A DNA stretch of 59,002 bases from a virus (taxonomy: Duplodnaviria > Caudoviricetes): positions 1-59,002 of the IMG/VR virus record IMGVR_UViG_3300026302_000060; one strand, 5' to 3'. This document shows positions 56,729 to 59,002 of the stretch, one piece after another (position 1 is the stretch's first letter; each line of letters begins with the position of its first letter). The notes beneath the pieces are model-generated. The model worked only from the letters and a program-made list of their open reading frames with translations. It made no database searches and had not been told where the DNA came from. Position numbers and translations under genes: made by a program.

Positions 56729-58495
56729 ATGCTTTCGGGTGAAGACAATCGCAAGGTGACGTTCAATTGGCTCGCGACCTTTTTGAAAGATCACGGGTTC
56801 CAATTTTCTAAATGCGGCTTCAAGCGCCTGACCGAAATGGGAAACCATGAGTTAGACGCGACGACCGGATATTGGAAAGACCCGCAATATTCCGGCTCAA
56901 AGCCTCCTCGCTTTCTTTTTCAGATTGACCTGACCAAGACACCCATTTCGGCGAGTTTGCCCAATGACCTTGAGTTCATTGGTGTTGGATTTGTGCATGC
57001 GGCCGGCGCCGACAAAGCGGCGTTAGCTCTGCGAATCCTACCGATGATGAAGGTTGCAGGAGGTTCATTTCAACGCGCGGATGAGTTTGAGGCAAACCTG
57101 CTGTTCGTGCTTCATGGCGCTTTTGAAAATGGCGGCGCTGCTGATCCGGTCACGTTCAATCCAAAGTCAGGCGCCTTAGTTCATCATACGAACAAGGAGC
57201 ACAAAGGTAAGCCGTATATCTTGGCGGCCTTATTGGGATTGAAGCCACGTGAGGCTGAATTCAATGCCGGCACAGACGACACTCCAAAGCTTGTGACTTA
57301 CGGTGACATGATCGATGCGCTCGTTGCAGCCATTCTTGTTCACCCTGAGGGCGCCACTGCGACCCAAATTCCAGTTTACGACCTGTGCGCAGAAGGCGAG
57401 TCTGAAAGGCTTAAGTCGGACATCAAAGTCGCGTGGGACAAGGCGGGGCCTGCACCTATTGCGGCGCAGAACATAAGCAATGCCAATAAAAAAGACACGG
57501 ATGATGAGGCTGTCGAGCAATTTGATCTGGCAGATCTCGATGTGCCTGAAAATCCAGATCTCATCGGCATAGAGCCCTCTGTCTATCGCCAAATTAATGC
57601 TGCTTTGAAATCCGGAAAGCAGCACATCATGTTCTACGGACCTCCCGGCACAGGCAAAACCACAATCGCCCGCTGGGTCGCTGCCAGCCTTCCGGGCGGG
57701 GATTACGATCTCCTGACGGGTTCTGCGGATTGGAGTTCGCAGGATGTCATCGGCGGGTATCAGCCGGTCGGGGACGGAGAGGTCGATTTTATTCCGGGGA
57801 TTTTGCTGCGCCGATTCAATTGTCCGTTCATATTTGACGAGATGAATCGATGCGACATCGACAAGGTTATTGGTCCACTATTTACTGTTTTGTCCGGGCA
57901 GCAGACGACGCTTCCTTACAGGCTCGACATCAAGAACAAGAACAGTCCGCAATACACAATTCTGCCTTATCCAAAAGCCAACGCGGAAGAGCATGAATTT
58001 GCACCAGGCATCGCTTGGCGCTTGCTCGCAACCATTAATTCGATCGACAAAGCCTCCCTGTATCAAATGTCGTTTGCACTGAGCCGCCGGTTTGGCTGGG
58101 TCTTCATTGATGTGCCTCGGGACTTACGCGGCTTCCTTGTCGAGTATCTTCGAAGGAAGGATCCTGCATTTGTTGAGCCTGAAGTTGGTGATCAATGCCC
58201 GCTACAGTTAGTATGGGAAGCAATAAATAAGGTTCGCGTCTTCGGACCAGCCCCTTTTATTGACACGATCAATGCCATTCGTGTGCTCGCACCTAAGGCG
58301 CCGTTTTTTGGGGTTGTGGCACCAGAAATGAAAGAAGCTGCAATTGACGCAATCAACTTAGCGGTTCTTCCGATGTTGGATGGAATTCGCCTTGGTGATG
58401 CTACCTCCATCGGCGAAGCATTGATCGCGGCATTCCAATTAGAGGGCAGCCAGGCTGACGGTATTCGCGTTCGAATGAAGGAAGTTGCCATCTAA
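56729..58495 (+). CDS. McrB-like AAA+ NTPase with unrecognised N-terminal domain
   Basis: YGPPGTGKT, FDEMNR, NSID (NxxD signature), ALSRRF. Confidence 0.82.
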   Translation: MLSGEDNRKVTFNWLATFLKDHGFQFSKCGFKRLTEMGNHELDATTGYWKDPQYSGSKPPRFLFQIDLTKTPISASLPNDLEFIGVGFVHAAGADKAALALRILPMMKVAGGSFQRADEFEANLLFVLHGAFENGGAADPVTFNPKSGALVHHTNKEHKGKPYILAALLGLKPREAEFNAGTDDTPKLVTYGDMIDALVAAILVHPEGATATQIPVYDLCAEGESERLKSDIKVAWDKAGPAPIAAQNISNANKKDTDDEAVEQFDLADLDVPENPDLIGIEPSVYRQINAALKSGKQHIMFYGPPGTGKTTIARWVAASLPGGDYDLLTGSADWSSQDVIGGYQPVGDGEVDFIPGILLRRFNCPFIFDEMNRCDIDKVIGPLFTVLSGQQTTLPYRLDIKNKNSPQYTILPYPKANAEEHEFAPGIAWRLLATINSIDKASLYQMSFALSRRFGWVFIDVPRDLRGFLVEYLRRKDPAFVEPEVGDQCPLQLVWEAINKVRVFGPAPFIDTINAIRVLAPKAPFFGVVAPEMKEAAIDAINLAVLPMLDGIRLGDATSIGEALIAAFQLEGSQADGIRVRMKEVAI

Positions 58496-58878
58496 TGCAG
58501 CCGGACACAGCGATCGTAGATTTCGCGGCCTCGCTGTTTCTTCGGTATTTCCGCAGCGGATCATTGATTGAAGGGCAAAGTCCTACGATCAATGCGGCTC
58601 GTGACGTGGAGATGCTCAAGGGGCACTGGGCAATTTCCCAGCCCGTCAGAAATCTAATTGAGCATATACTTGATTATCCACATGAGGCGCAGGCGCTCCT
58701 GATGCATAAGGAGCGCATTGATGATGCCGTCGCCAGAGGCCGGATTGATGCTAGACGCACGGTGCTATTGCGGCAGCGCTCGGGATTGCCTACGGCAATT
58801 GCCTCGATGGAGCCTGTTCGAAGCTTTAACACTGGGCCGAACGTCATTTTGGCATGGGTGTTAAAAGAGGTTATGTGA
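58495..58878 (+). pseudogene. McrC-position partner gene truncated by IS insertion
   Basis: TAATG coupling to McrB-like gene; RGRID..RT and FNTGPN.IL; stop codon is supplied by the IS terminus. Confidence 0.65.
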
Positions 58879-59002
58879 ACCGCCCCGGGTTTGCCGGAGG
58901 CCATTTGGTTTAAGTTATGCGGCCATAGCTGGCTGGTCCAGCGTGGCGTAATAGCGCTCCTCGGCCTCAGCAGGCGGGATGTTGCCGATCGGCTCCAGCA
59001 AC
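58876..59002 (-). mobile_element. IS3-family insertion sequence, right end (partial)
   Basis: Terminal TGAACCGCCCCGGG; minus-strand OrfB C-terminus LLEPIGNIPPAEAEERYYATLDQPAMAA* with stop at 58915-58917. Confidence 0.88.

Larger units (their letters stand above)
54691..59002. mobile_element. Second integrative island at the same tRNA site (left part only)
   Basis: Own integrase directly after the att duplicate, followed by AT-richer defence-type genes. Confidence 0.7.

Overview
High-GC alphaproteobacterial (Rhizobiales-like) chromosome segment. Host genes on the left (PNPOx-family gene, rpoH, rluD, tRNA-Glu-CTC) are followed by an apparently full-length ~51.8 kb temperate prophage integrated in the 3' end of tRNA-Glu (19-bp att core at 2856-2874 and 54672-54690). 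The prophage has a tyrosine integrase/Xis and an early-left operon (SSB, PQ-loop membrane protein, DUF5131-like, PRTase, DnaN clamp, DUF2303-like, HD hydrolase). Next come a lambda-like cI/cro switch with OL/OR operators and a SWIM-finger gene in the 'rex slot', prim-pol plus D5/P4-type helicase with an iteron origin, and two adjacent DNA methyltransferase genes each broken by one extra G in a poly-G tract (the C5 enzyme also contains a nested alternative-frame ORF). The late region has a lambda-type cos/terminase/portal/capsid module, a P2-type contractile tail with a -1 frameshifted chaperone, hicAB, a lysis cassette, a metallophosphoesterase/DUF6378-like pair and a Dam-like methylase with a structured leader. 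Past attR a second integrative element begins (different tyrosine integrase, McrB-like GTPase, McrC-position gene cut by an IS3-family element). All family calls come from motif recognition by eye; no database search was run.
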